In this document: piece after piece, positions 19,094 to 29,486 of the stretch
How positions within the stretch are numbered: position 1 is the first letter of the stretch
How the letters are laid out: each line of letters opens with the position of its first letter
Source: Clostridia bacterium
Lineage (GTDB): Bacteria; Bacillota; Clostridia; TANB77; CAG-508
Length of the DNA: 53,642 nucleotides
Assembly (NCBI GenBank): GCA_900772235.1
Contig: CAAGQX010000071.1
Span: 1 to 53,642 of the forward strand
Direction of reading: 5' to 3'
Notes under the pieces: model-generated
What the model saw: the letters and a program-made list of their open reading frames with translations, nothing else
What the model was told of the DNA's origin: nothing
Databases searched by the model: none
Made by a program: the position numbers and the translations under genes

Positions 19094-21658
19094 ATGAAAG
19101 CAGGTCTATTAATGAAAAATACAATTTTAAATAAACTAAAAAGTAATTGGATATTACTTATAATTATTATACAGCCAATATTAGATATAATATCATATTT
19201 TCAGTCCAAATATATGGATGCTTCATATACCTGGCTAGTAAGGATTTGCATTTTGTTACTAGCCTTTTTAGTTTGCTTTATTTGCTCAAAAAATAAGAAA
19301 AAACTAATATTATTTCTACTGCCTTATGCTATTTTTGCTACACTTCATATATTAAATCTGTATCGCATTAATAATTTAAATATAATTTCAGATGTAAAAT
19401 ACTTCATTTTAACTTTTCAAATGCCGATCTTATCTATCTTGCTTATTGACTATATGAAAAGTAGAGGCGAAAAACTTTCTCAGATAAAAAAAGCTTTATT
19501 CTGCAATTTTATAATAATTTCAATAAGTATTGTTTTAGCCTATATATCAAAAAATTATATGACTACATATTCAGAACTAGGAATAATAGGATGGTTTTCT
19601 AGTGCTAATACTGCTAGTATGATTTTATGTGCATTAACACCTTGGGCTTTATATATGTTTTCTAACTTTAAAAATATATGGCTATACGTATTGGGCTGTT
19701 TAATTATATTTATTATATTATACACAAATGCCACAAGGTCTTGTTATTTAACATTAATAGCTTCACTTGTATTTATGTTATTTGCAATGGCATTTTCAAC
19801 AAGTGACAATAAAAAGTCGCAAAAAATTATTGTAACCTTATTTTTCATCTGTTTAACTATTTTTTCTTATAAATATTCATCAACATTTAGTCGAATGCTT
19901 GATACTAAGAATACAGATGAAAATTATAAACAACAACTAAAAAATGTAATATTAAAAAATAATATAGATGATATTGATTTTAATAATATAAATCTTAACG
20001 ATAAAGAATTAATAGTAGATATTCTAAAAACAAGCTTTTTATATGAAGATTTAATAAATATTCATGGTGAAGACAAAGTTGTTGAAGCTATGAAACCATA
20101 TTTATCTGCTTCTGCCCTATCTGATACTAGACTATGTAAAAGAATAAATGCTAAAATAGAATTTAATGATTCTGATTTTGCCACAAAAATACTTGGTATA
20201 GGATATTCTAGAATTGATAACAACAGCTTAGACTTAGAAAATGATATAACCGCTATATACTATTACTATGGTTATCTTGGTTTATTTATATACATAAGTT
20301 TAATAGTATATATTATTTTTAAAGCAATTATTACATTCTTTAAAAATCCGCGATTAATTGCTGATAAAGAATTTTTATTATTATGCTTTTTAATATTGCT
20401 TTTACTATTTGGAGGAGAATATTCTGGAGCATTTTTAAGGAAATCAAATGCTAATATATATCTATCAATGTATTTAGTTTTATTATATACTCAATATATC
20501 TTAAATTACTCTAATAAAGAAGCGGTCAATAATAAGAAAATAACTTTTTTATTATTACATTTGGGATATGGTGGAATAGAAACTTCTACAATTAACACTG
20601 CAAATGCTTTATCTGAAAATTATGAAGTAGAATTAATCTCATTTTATAATTTACCTGAAAACCAAGAGCAATATTTAGACTCAAAAATTAATGTAAAATA
20701 TTTATATAATGGTGGACCAAATAAACTTCAATTTAAAGAAGCTATAAAAAAGAAAAATATTACAAAAATTCTTTTGGAAGGCTTTAAAGCATTAGATATT
20801 TTAGCAAAGAAAAAATACTTAATAATGAAAGAAATTATTAATTCAGATTCTTTTGCTATTATTTCTACAAGATATGATTTTAGTGTATTATTAAATAAAT
20901 ATGGTAATAGAAATACAATAAAGATTGCTCAAGAGCACCATCACCATAACAGCAATAAAAAATATATAAATATTTTAAAAAATAAATACAAAAACATTGA
21001 TTATCTATTAGCTCTTACTTCTAGTTTAAAAAATGATTATGAAATATTTTTGAAAAACAATAAGCATACTAAAATATTAGTAATTCCTAATATTTTAAAT
21101 GACACATCACATGATATTTCTAACCTAGAAAGCAAAAACATTATAAGCATTGGTAGATTACACGAAGGAAAAAGAATAAATGAATTAATTGATATTTTCT
21201 CAAAATTAGAAGATAGAGATACAAAATTATATATAATTGGTAACGGGGATGAATTTGACAATTTAAAAAAACAAATTGCAAACCTAAAATTAGAAAATAG
21301 AATAATTATGACAGGCTATTTGAATAAAAACGAACAAGAAAAATACTTATTAAAATCTTCTGTTTTTGCTATGACTTCTATTTCTGAAGGATTACCTATG
21401 GTTCTTCTTGAAGCAATGAATTTCGGAATTCCCTGTATAGCTTATAAAACAGATACAGGAATAAGTGACATCATTTCTAACAACGAAAATGGTTTTATAA
21501 TTGAAAATAGAAATGAAAATGAATATATAAATAAATTAAATTTATTATTAAAAGATGTTACATTAAGAAAAAATTTAGGCAAAAATTGTATTAGAACTTG
21601 TACGAAATACCATAAAGATGAAATAATAAAACTTTGGAATAATATTTTACAAAAATAA
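19094..21658 (+). CDS. fusion protein: O-antigen polymerase/ligase-like (Wzy-type) membrane domain + GT4 glycosyltransferase
   Basis: N-terminal ~480 aa polytopic membrane domain; C-terminal ~370 aa with GT4 motif EGLPMVLLEAMNFGIPCIAY. Confidence 0.7.
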   Translation: MKAGLLMKNTILNKLKSNWILLIIIIQPILDIISYFQSKYMDASYTWLVRICILLLAFLVCFICSKNKKKLILFLLPYAIFATLHILNLYRINNLNIISDVKYFILTFQMPILSILLIDYMKSRGEKLSQIKKALFCNFIIISISIVLAYISKNYMTTYSELGIIGWFSSANTASMILCALTPWALYMFSNFKNIWLYVLGCLIIFIILYTNATRSCYLTLIASLVFMLFAMAFSTSDNKKSQKIIVTLFFICLTIFSYKYSSTFSRMLDTKNTDENYKQQLKNVILKNNIDDIDFNNINLNDKELIVDILKTSFLYEDLINIHGEDKVVEAMKPYLSASALSDTRLCKRINAKIEFNDSDFATKILGIGYSRIDNNSLDLENDITAIYYYYGYLGLFIYISLIVYIIFKAIITFFKNPRLIADKEFLLLCFLILLLLFGGEYSGAFLRKSNANIYLSMYLVLLYTQYILNYSNKEAVNNKKITFLLLHLGYGGIETSTINTANALSENYEVELISFYNLPENQEQYLDSKINVKYLYNGGPNKLQFKEAIKKKNITKILLEGFKALDILAKKKYLIMKEIINSDSFAIISTRYDFSVLLNKYGNRNTIKIAQEHHHHNSNKKYINILKNKYKNIDYLLALTSSLKNDYEIFLKNNKHTKILVIPNILNDTSHDISNLESKNIISIGRLHEGKRINELIDIFSKLEDRDTKLYIIGNGDEFDNLKKQIANLKLENRIIMTGYLNKNEQEKYLLKSSVFAMTSISEGLPMVLLEAMNFGIPCIAYKTDTGISDIISNNENGFIIENRNENEYINKLNLLLKDVTLRKNLGKNCIRTCTKYHKDEIIKLWNNILQK

Positions 21659-21663
21659 ATTTC

Positions 21664-21699
21664 AAGCTAGTAATATGCAAATATTACTAGCTTTTTTTA
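21664..21699 (+). terminator. rho-independent terminator
   Basis: Perfect 13-bp stem AAGCTAGTAATAT/ATATTACTAGCTT, 4-nt loop, T-tract. Confidence 0.8.
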
Positions 21700-21717
21700 T
21701 AAAATTTAAAATAGATA

Positions 21718-21746
21718 TTGCAATGTTCATTTTTTGGATGTATAAT
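21718..21746 (+). promoter_or_regulatory. sigma-A-type promoter for the ABC/licC operon
   Basis: TTGCAA, 17-nt spacer, TATAAT. Confidence 0.5.
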
Positions 21747-21789
21747 TGCAAATGTGAACAAATTTTAATAAAAGAAATGAGGTCTTAAA

Positions 21790-22779
21790 ATGAAAAAAAT
21801 ACTATCAATTTTACTATTAGCTATTATGCTAATCACAGCTTTTGCTCTTACTGGATGTACTACTTCTAAAGAGAAAGTAGTAATTTATACTTCTATGGAA
21901 GAAGAAAGAAATCAAGCTTTAAAAGAACAGCTAAAAAAACAATTCCCAGATCTTAATGTTGTTGTTCAATATATGTCAACAGGAAATAGTTCTGCAAAAC
22001 TAAAAACAGAAGGCAAAAATATAGAAGCAGATATTATTTTAGATTTAGAAACTGCTTACGCAGAAAGTTTAAAAGATAATTTTGCAAATTTATCTTCTTT
22101 CGATACAAGTATGTATGTAGATGGTGCAGTTAAATCTGAAAATTATCTTCCATGGGTAAAATATACAATGTCTCTAATCATTGATAAAAAATATTTTACA
22201 GAGCATAATTTAGAAATACCTAAAACATATGAAGACTTATTAAAGCCTGAATATAAAAACTTAATTGCAATGCCAGATCCAAAAACTTCTGGAACAGGGT
22301 ATGCATTCTTCTTAAATGCCGTAAACATAATGGGAGAAGAAAACGCTATAAAATACTTTAAATCTTTAAAGGATAACTTAAGAGAATTTACAACTTCTGG
22401 TTCTGGTCCAACTAATTTATTAAAACAAGGCGAAATTGCCATTGCAATGGGTATGACTAGCCAAGGAGCTCAAGGTATAACTGAAGGATATGATTTCCAA
22501 ATAGTTTCATTAGAATCTGGTGCACCTTACAATACAACATCTTTTGCAATAATCAACAGTAGAGAAAATAATGAAAATGTAAAAAAAGTTTTTGAGTGGC
22601 TATTAACAGATTTTAGTAGATATGACAAAGAAAATTATATGCCAGACACTATTTTAAAAGATCAAAAAAACAATGTAAAAAATTATCCAACAGATTTTTC
22701 AGAAGCTAATATGGATGGTATAGACAGTGTAGATTTAAAAAATGAATTGTTAGAAAAATGGGGAGAAGTAAATGGTTAA
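21790..22779 (+). CDS. ABC transporter substrate-binding lipoprotein (family-1 SBP; Fe3+/polyamine/aminoethylphosphonate-type)
   Basis: Signal peptide with lipobox LTGC; SBP-sized; precedes the ATPase and permease. Confidence 0.8.
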   Translation: MKKILSILLLAIMLITAFALTGCTTSKEKVVIYTSMEEERNQALKEQLKKQFPDLNVVVQYMSTGNSSAKLKTEGKNIEADIILDLETAYAESLKDNFANLSSFDTSMYVDGAVKSENYLPWVKYTMSLIIDKKYFTEHNLEIPKTYEDLLKPEYKNLIAMPDPKTSGTGYAFFLNAVNIMGEENAIKYFKSLKDNLREFTTSGSGPTNLLKQGEIAIAMGMTSQGAQGITEGYDFQIVSLESGAPYNTTSFAIINSRENNENVKKVFEWLLTDFSRYDKENYMPDTILKDQKNNVKNYPTDFSEANMDGIDSVDLKNELLEKWGEVNG

Positions 22780-23551
22780 GCTAAGAATCAAAAATTTAAC
22801 TAAAATATATGATAACAAAAAAGTATTAGACAATATTACTTTTTCAGTAGAAGATGGTGAATTTTTATCTATCTTAGGTTCTTCGGGTTGCGGTAAAACT
22901 ACCTTATTAAAAATAATAATTGGTATTGAAAAACCTACATCAGGGAAAATAACTAAGGATAGAAAAAACATTACAAATCTTGATCCTTCAAAAAGAGGAA
23001 TGGGTATAGTCTTTCAAGACTATGCCCTATTCCCTAATATGACTGTTTTAGGAAATGTAATGTATGCACTAAAATTAAAGTTAAAAGATAAAGCTAAAGC
23101 AAAAGAAGAAAGTTTAAAATTATTAGAAATGGTAAATATGGAAGAACATTCAAAAAAATATCCACACGAGCTTTCAGGTGGTCAGAAACAAAGAGTTGCA
23201 ATAGCAAGAACTCTTGCTTTAAAGCCTGATATTGTGTTATTTGATGAGCCAATGTCTGCATTAGATGCTGACAACAGATTAACTCTAAGAAGAGAAATTA
23301 AGGCAATTCAAGAAAAACTCAAAATGACTATTATATATATAACTCACGACCAAGAAGAAGCCTTTTCACTATCTGATCGTGTAATGGTTTTAAATGGAGG
23401 GAAAATTCAACAGATTGATACACCTAATAAAATATTTAATAATCCAAAAAATGCATATGTAAAAAAATTTGTAACAGATCATCTTATAGAAAAAGTAAAA
23501 TCAATTGAAAAATGTACGGGGGAATTAAATTATCATGAAAAAGAAAATTAA
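22772..23551 (+). CDS. ABC transporter ATP-binding protein
   Basis: Walker [10 protein letters not shown], signature LSGGQKQR, Walker B IVLFDEP. Confidence 0.9.
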   Translation: MVKLRIKNLTKIYDNKKVLDNITFSVEDGEFLSILGSSGCGKTTLLKIIIGIEKPTSGKITKDRKNITNLDPSKRGMGIVFQDYALFPNMTVLGNVMYALKLKLKDKAKAKEESLKLLEMVNMEEHSKKYPHELSGGQKQRVAIARTLALKPDIVLFDEPMSALDADNRLTLRREIKAIQEKLKMTIIYITHDQEEAFSLSDRVMVLNGGKIQQIDTPNKIFNNPKNAYVKKFVTDHLIEKVKSIEKCTGELNYHEKEN

Positions 23552-25118
23552 TATAAGTATAATTATATTACTATTTTTATTAGTATCAGTTTTTTATCCT
23601 TTAACTGAAATGCTATTAAAAGTTGAATGGAGTAATTTTAGTAAATTAGTTACATCTAATGCATTTAGAGAATCTTTAATAAATTCATTACTTGTAACTA
23701 CAATTGCAACAGTATTATCAATAATTATTGCTTATTTTTTGGCATACACCCTTAACCGAACTAATATTGAACATAGAGCTTTACTAAAAGTATTTTTAAC
23801 CCTTCCAATGCTTATTCCTTCAATATCACACGGTTTAGGATTAATAAATTTATTTGGAGCTAATGGAATTATCTCTAAATTTTTTGGATTCAATATTATA
23901 GGAATGCCAGGAATAATAATAGGTTCCATATTTTATTCTTTTCCTGTTGCATTTTTAATGCTAGATGATGGATTCAATTACATAGACAACAATATGTATG
24001 ATAATGCGAAAGTTCTTGGTTTAAATAAATGGCAAACTTTTAAAAAAGTAACTTTTTGTTATTTAAAAAGACCAGTAATTTCAGCAACATTTGCTGTATT
24101 TACACTTATTTTTACTGATTATGGAGTTCCTCTTGCTGTTGGTGGAAAATTCATTACTCTTCCAGTATTTTTGTATAAAGAAGTTATAGGTTTATTAGAT
24201 TTTTCAAAAGGAACAATGATAGGTTTATTTTTATTAATACCTGCAATAATATCATTTTTATTTGATAACTTTTCTAAAGACTTTACAAGTGGAGAAATTA
24301 AGAAAAAAAATGTTATATCTTCAACAAAATTAAAGGACACTATATTTACCATATATGTTTATATAGTCATTTTTTGTATAGTTCTTATTCTTGGTTCATT
24401 TGTATACTATGCTTTTATTAATAATTATACAAACGATAGAACATTTTCACTAAAACATTTTGAATATGTATTTAGCAATAATGTTTTAAAGAATATATAT
24501 AATTCATTAATAATAGCTATATTTACTTCAATTATAGGTACAATAATTGCTTATTTCACTGCATATGTAACTGCAAGAATAAAAGGAAAACTTGGAAAAT
24601 TCGTACATATTTTAACAATATCATCACTTGCTATACCTGGTATAGTCCTAGGTCTTTCTTACACTATCGCCTTTAAAAATTCTTTCATTTATAGTACCTA
24701 TGCTATACTTGTATTAGTAAATATAGTACACTTTATGGCTTCACCTTATCTTATGGCATATAATGCTCTGCAAAAGGTAAATCAAAATTATGAGGTAATA
24801 TCTAAAACACTACATATAAATATGTTTAGAACTATAAAAGATATAATTATTCCTTGTACAAAGATTACCCTAAGAGAAATGTTTGCTTACTTTTTTGTAA
24901 ACTCTATGGTAACAATTTCTGCTGTAACATTTTTGTTTAATACATCAAATATGCCACTATCTTTACTTATAAACAATTATGAAGGTAATATGATGCTTGG
25001 GGAAGCTGCTATAATATCTTTAATTATATTAGGATTTAATCTTATTGTTAAAGGTACCATATATTTAATAAATAGAAAAGAACATAGAAGGAGTGAATTA
25101 AATGGAACTTACATATAA
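23535..25118 (+). CDS. ABC transporter permease (fused double TMD, FbpB/ThiP-like)
   Basis: 527 aa with two repeated 6-TM permease modules. Confidence 0.85.
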   Translation: MKKKINISIIILLFLLVSVFYPLTEMLLKVEWSNFSKLVTSNAFRESLINSLLVTTIATVLSIIIAYFLAYTLNRTNIEHRALLKVFLTLPMLIPSISHGLGLINLFGANGIISKFFGFNIIGMPGIIIGSIFYSFPVAFLMLDDGFNYIDNNMYDNAKVLGLNKWQTFKKVTFCYLKRPVISATFAVFTLIFTDYGVPLAVGGKFITLPVFLYKEVIGLLDFSKGTMIGLFLLIPAIISFLFDNFSKDFTSGEIKKKNVISSTKLKDTIFTIYVYIVIFCIVLILGSFVYYAFINNYTNDRTFSLKHFEYVFSNNVLKNIYNSLIIAIFTSIIGTIIAYFTAYVTARIKGKLGKFVHILTISSLAIPGIVLGLSYTIAFKNSFIYSTYAILVLVNIVHFMASPYLMAYNALQKVNQNYEVISKTLHINMFRTIKDIIIPCTKITLREMFAYFFVNSMVTISAVTFLFNTSNMPLSLLINNYEGNMMLGEAAIISLIILGFNLIVKGTIYLINRKEHRRSELNGTYI

Positions 25119-25995
25119 CCAATTTGAAATTTTAACAATTATTGAAAGAGAAAAAAGCAAATTATCACAAAGGAATCTAGCAGATTTGTCTGGGCTTTCG
25201 CTTGGAACTGTTAATAAAGCCGTAGCAGAATTATTAAAGGAAGAATTAATAGATAATAACAATTTAATTACTAAAAAAGGCTTGAAAAAATTAGAACCTT
25301 ACAGAGTTAAAAGGGCTATATTTTTAGCAGCCGGCTTTGGTTCGAGAATGGTGCCTATTACTTTAAATACTCCTAAGCCATTAGTTTTAGTAAAAGGTAA
25401 AAGAATAATAGAAACTTTATTAGATGCTGTTGTAAAAGCAGAAATTCCTGAAATAATAATTGTTACGGGTTATTTAGGTGAGCAATTTGAAATATTGCAA
25501 AAAAAATACCCAAATATAAAAATTATAGAAAACAAATTATACAATGAAGCAAATAATATATCTTCAGCATTTCTAGTAAAAGATAAATTACAAAATAGCT
25601 ATGTATTAGAATCTGATTTAATTTTATATAATGAAAATTTAATACGAAAATATGAATATCAAAGCAATTTCTTAGGCAAATATGTTGATGTTACAGATGA
25701 CTGGTGTTTTGAAACTAAAAATGGTATTATCACAAAGCAAAAAGTAGGTGGATATGATTGCTACCAAATGTATGGAATTTCTTATTACACCGAAGAAGAT
25801 GGTAAAAAACTTTGCAAAGATATTGATTCTGTATACAATATGCCTGGTGGTAAAGAAAGATATTGGGACCAAATTCCATTGGATATTTGCAAACATAACT
25901 ATAAAATTGCTGTTAGAGAGTGTAAAGAAAACGACATAATTGAAATCGACACGTTTAATGAACTAAAAAAAGTTGATCCTATATACGATGTATAA
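25102..25995 (+). CDS. wHTH + nucleotidyltransferase, LicC-like phospho(no)-headgroup cytidylyltransferase
   Basis: N-terminal MarR-like HTH (SQRNLADLSGLSLGTVNKAV), then AIFLAAGFGSRM...KPL nucleotidyltransferase fold. Confidence 0.7.
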   Translation: MELTYNQFEILTIIEREKSKLSQRNLADLSGLSLGTVNKAVAELLKEELIDNNNLITKKGLKKLEPYRVKRAIFLAAGFGSRMVPITLNTPKPLVLVKGKRIIETLLDAVVKAEIPEIIIVTGYLGEQFEILQKKYPNIKIIENKLYNEANNISSAFLVKDKLQNSYVLESDLILYNENLIRKYEYQSNFLGKYVDVTDDWCFETKNGIITKQKVGGYDCYQMYGISYYTEEDGKKLCKDIDSVYNMPGGKERYWDQIPLDICKHNYKIAVRECKENDIIEIDTFNELKKVDPIYDV

Positions 25996-26006
25996 ATTTC
26001 AAAGAA

Positions 26007-26033
26007 AAAGTGCTAGTAATAGCACTTTTTTTA
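26007..26033 (+). terminator. rho-independent terminator
   Basis: AAAGTGCTA-GTAA-TAGCACTTT followed by a T-tract. Confidence 0.75.
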
Positions 26034-26142
26034 GTCTTGAATAATTAAGAATAATATATTATAATAGGTAAGACAAAATTTGATATTTTACTACATAATA
26101 TTGTTTTTTTATAAAATCGAATTACATAAGGAGTAGATTAAA

Positions 26143-28017
26143 ATTAAAGAATATTTTGAAAAATTATATAAAGATAATAAAAATGAATTTTACAAAATTG
26201 TAGAACAAAATCTTATAAATGAAAAGAAAACATTTATTGTAACTGCTAATCCCGAAACTATTATGTTTTCTGAGGAAAATGAAACTTTGAAAAAAGCCTT
26301 GTTAGATGAAAATACTACAATTATTCCAGATGGAATTGGAATCGTAAAAGGTGCTAAAATGCTTGGCTATTCAGTGCCAGAGGCCATCCCTGGAGTTGAA
26401 TTATGTTCGAAATTATTTGAATATTGCAATCAATATAAAAAAAGTATTTTTCTTTTTGGTGCCAAACCAGAAATTGTATTAAAATTATCAGAAAAAATAA
26501 AAACAGATTATCCTAATGCTGTGATTTGTGGAATTGAAAATGGATACGTAGAAAATAAACAAGAAATAATGGAAAAAATTTCTACACAAAATCCAGATGT
26601 TGTTCTTGTTGCCCTAGGAATTCCACATCAAGAAATATTAATATATAATAATTTAAATAAATTTAATAAGGGAATATTCGTTGGTGTTGGCGGAAGTTTT
26701 GATGTGCTAAGCGGAGCAAAAAAAAGAGCTCCCAAGATATTTAGAAAATTACATCTGGAATGGTTATATAGAATTTTAAAAGAGCCTAAAAGATTAAAAA
26801 GATTTTTTAAGAGTAATACAAAATTTTTATTAAATATACTTAAGCCATATATGTTGGATTTTATTTTTATATTTATAATATTTATTATATTAATTTGTGG
26901 TCTTATAAAAACAATATTTTTAAGCAAGGATATTAATTATTATGAAAATAGACCTGCATATAAACTTACACCATTTTCAATTTCAAGTTTCTATAATGGT
27001 GATTTTCAAGATAATTTAGAACTTGCATTTTCAGATCAAATACCTCTATCTCAGTCTATGAAAGAAGCATATAATGTACGTAATAATTTTGTAATAAAAA
27101 CTGTTTTAGAAACTTGTTTTAAAAACATATATTCAAATAGGTATTTTAATATTGGAAGTTACATAAACCTTTTTGGTAATGACAATAATCTAGTTTATGG
27201 GCCTAGATATTTAGTTTACGAAAAAGACTCTTTAGATTCAAGAATTGAAAATATAAATAAAGTAATTAATACTCATCCAAATATAGACTTTTATATATAT
27301 TACATAGAAAAAGATACCGATATTAACTTTGAAAATAATAGTAAAGAGCAAATTTCTCAATATATATCTGACAATTTGCAAATTAAAAAAGACCATTTTA
27401 AGATATTTGAAATAAACTCATTTAATGAATTTAAAAAATATTTTTATAAAACAGATCACCATTGGAATTGCTATGGTTCATATAAGGCATATTGTGAAAT
27501 TGTACAAATGCTTACGCAAGATGAGTCCGTTGCCATATTAGACACAATCCAATTAGAACCAAAATTGTCTGGTTCAAAGGCTAGTACTAGTGGATATGGG
27601 AAATTATATAGTGAGCCTTTTTTTGCATACAAATTTAATTTGCCAAAACACGATACATATATAGATGGAATAAAAGGTGAATATGGTAATGAAGAAGCTT
27701 ATATAAATAATGAAATAAGTGACGTTATTTCATATGGTGCATTTTATGGTGGGGATGATGCCGAAGTAATATTTGACTACCACAATAGCAATAAAGAAAA
27801 TATTTTAATTTTCGGAGAATCATATGATAATGCAATTATTAAAATGATTGCTTCGCATTTCAACAAATCCTACTGTGTTGATTTAAGAGCTTATGAAATG
27901 GATATGGGTCATAAATTTGAATTTGATAAATATGTATCCGACAATAATATTACTAAAGTTTTATTTATTGGAAATATAGACTTTTATGAAACAGACATAT
28001 TTAATCTGGAGGTATAA
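26143..28017 (+). CDS. fusion: WecG/TagA-family (GT26) glycosyltransferase + TM + DHHW-family (AlgJ/PatB-like) acyltransferase domain; start codon uncertain
   Basis: FIVTANPE...IPDGIG...GVGGSFDV...EWLYR TagA motifs; then a TM helix and KTDHHWN. Homology runs upstream of the first ATG (26263) to 26137 with no ATG/GTG/TTG in frame; ATT 26143 lies 9 nt after AAGGAG. Confidence 0.6.
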   Translation: MKEYFEKLYKDNKNEFYKIVEQNLINEKKTFIVTANPETIMFSEENETLKKALLDENTTIIPDGIGIVKGAKMLGYSVPEAIPGVELCSKLFEYCNQYKKSIFLFGAKPEIVLKLSEKIKTDYPNAVICGIENGYVENKQEIMEKISTQNPDVVLVALGIPHQEILIYNNLNKFNKGIFVGVGGSFDVLSGAKKRAPKIFRKLHLEWLYRILKEPKRLKRFFKSNTKFLLNILKPYMLDFIFIFIIFIILICGLIKTIFLSKDINYYENRPAYKLTPFSISSFYNGDFQDNLELAFSDQIPLSQSMKEAYNVRNNFVIKTVLETCFKNIYSNRYFNIGSYINLFGNDNNLVYGPRYLVYEKDSLDSRIENINKVINTHPNIDFYIYYIEKDTDINFENNSKEQISQYISDNLQIKKDHFKIFEINSFNEFKKYFYKTDHHWNCYGSYKAYCEIVQMLTQDESVAILDTIQLEPKLSGSKASTSGYGKLYSEPFFAYKFNLPKHDTYIDGIKGEYGNEEAYINNEISDVISYGAFYGGDDAEVIFDYHNSNKENILIFGESYDNAIIKMIASHFNKSYCVDLRAYEMDMGHKFEFDKYVSDNNITKVLFIGNIDFYETDIFNLEV

Positions 28018-28018
28018 T

Positions 28019-29425
28019 ATGTTATTTAGCAGTTTGACATTTTTATTCGCTTTTCTACCTATACTTGGTATTCTATATATGATAATAAAAAATAGGAAAC
28101 TACGAAATATAATATTACTAATTTTTTCATTAATTTTCTATGCTTGGGGAGAACCAAAATATATTTTTATAATGCTTGGTACTACTTTAGTCAGTTATAT
28201 TTGTGGAATAATAATAAACATTTTTGATGAAAAAAAACAATATAAATTTAAAAAAATTTCTTTTGTGTTTTCATTAATATTACTACTTGGAAATTTATTC
28301 ATTTTCAAGTATTATAATTTCACGGTAAATAGCATTAATAGTATATTTCATTTATCTATTAACAATATATTGCTAAATCTTCCCATAGGAATTAGTTTTT
28401 ATACTTTTCAAATTATATCTTATATAGTAGATTTATATAAAGGAAAAGTCAAAGTTCAAAAAAATATAATTTCACTAGCTTTATATATTTCATTGTTTCC
28501 ACAATTAATTGCGGGGCCAATTGTAAGATACGAAACCGTTTGTAATGAATTAGATAATAGAAAAGAAACTCTAAAAGACTGCTCATATGGATTAAAAAGA
28601 TTTATAATTGGGCTTTCAAAAAAAGTATTAATATCAAATCAAATGGCAGTGATAGCAGACTATGTATTTGATAAAGGCATTTTAGGAACGTCTATTGTAT
28701 GGATTGCAGCATTGGCTTATACTTTTCAAATATATTTTGACTTCTCCGGATATAGCGATATGGCCATAGGTTTAGGAAAAATGTTTGGGTTTAATTTTTT
28801 GGAAAATTTTAATTATCCATATATTGCAACATCAATAACTGACTTCTGGCGAAGGTGGCATATTTCACTTTCAACTTGGTTTAGAGATTATGTATATATT
28901 CCCTTAGGGGGAAATAGAGTTTCTAAATTAAGATGGATGTTTAATATTTTAATAGTGTGGGCTTTAACTGGACTATGGCATGGAGCAAATTGGAACTTTA
29001 TAATTTGGGGAACCTATTTCGGAGTAATTTTATTACTAGAGAAACTAGTATTGAATAAAATATTAAAAAAGTGTCCTAAATTTATATCTTGGATTTATTC
29101 AATAATTTTAATAATAATAGGATGGGTTATATTTAGAAGTGAAACATTACAGCAAATTTCTACATTGTTATCTAATATGTTCTGTTATACAAAAACCGAT
29201 TGGATATACGTAATATCAAACAATACCAAAATATTATTTTGCTTAATATTCTTTATACCTGCAATAATATTTTCAACACCAATATTAAAAATCCTTAAAG
29301 AAAAATTCAAAAGCAAGAATATTATTGTTATAATAGGTAACTTATGTTTAATTGTTTTGTTTGCATTATGTATAGTATTTTTAAATAGTTCAAATTATAA
29401 TCCGTTTATATATTTTAGATTTTAA
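28019..29425 (+). CDS. MBOAT family O-acyltransferase (AlgI/DltB/PatA-like)
   Basis: FYTFQ, WRRWHISLS.WFRDY.YIPLGG, GLWHG motifs; ATG 28019 lies 6 nt after GGAGG. Confidence 0.85.
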   Translation: MLFSSLTFLFAFLPILGILYMIIKNRKLRNIILLIFSLIFYAWGEPKYIFIMLGTTLVSYICGIIINIFDEKKQYKFKKISFVFSLILLLGNLFIFKYYNFTVNSINSIFHLSINNILLNLPIGISFYTFQIISYIVDLYKGKVKVQKNIISLALYISLFPQLIAGPIVRYETVCNELDNRKETLKDCSYGLKRFIIGLSKKVLISNQMAVIADYVFDKGILGTSIVWIAALAYTFQIYFDFSGYSDMAIGLGKMFGFNFLENFNYPYIATSITDFWRRWHISLSTWFRDYVYIPLGGNRVSKLRWMFNILIVWALTGLWHGANWNFIIWGTYFGVILLLEKLVLNKILKKCPKFISWIYSIILIIIGWVIFRSETLQQISTLLSNMFCYTKTDWIYVISNNTKILFCLIFFIPAIIFSTPILKILKEKFKSKNIIVIIGNLCLIVLFALCIVFLNSSNYNPFIYFRF

Positions 29426-29486
29426 AAAATATTTTTATACTACTATTATATATATTATAAAAATTTTAATATGGGAGAAAATTAGA

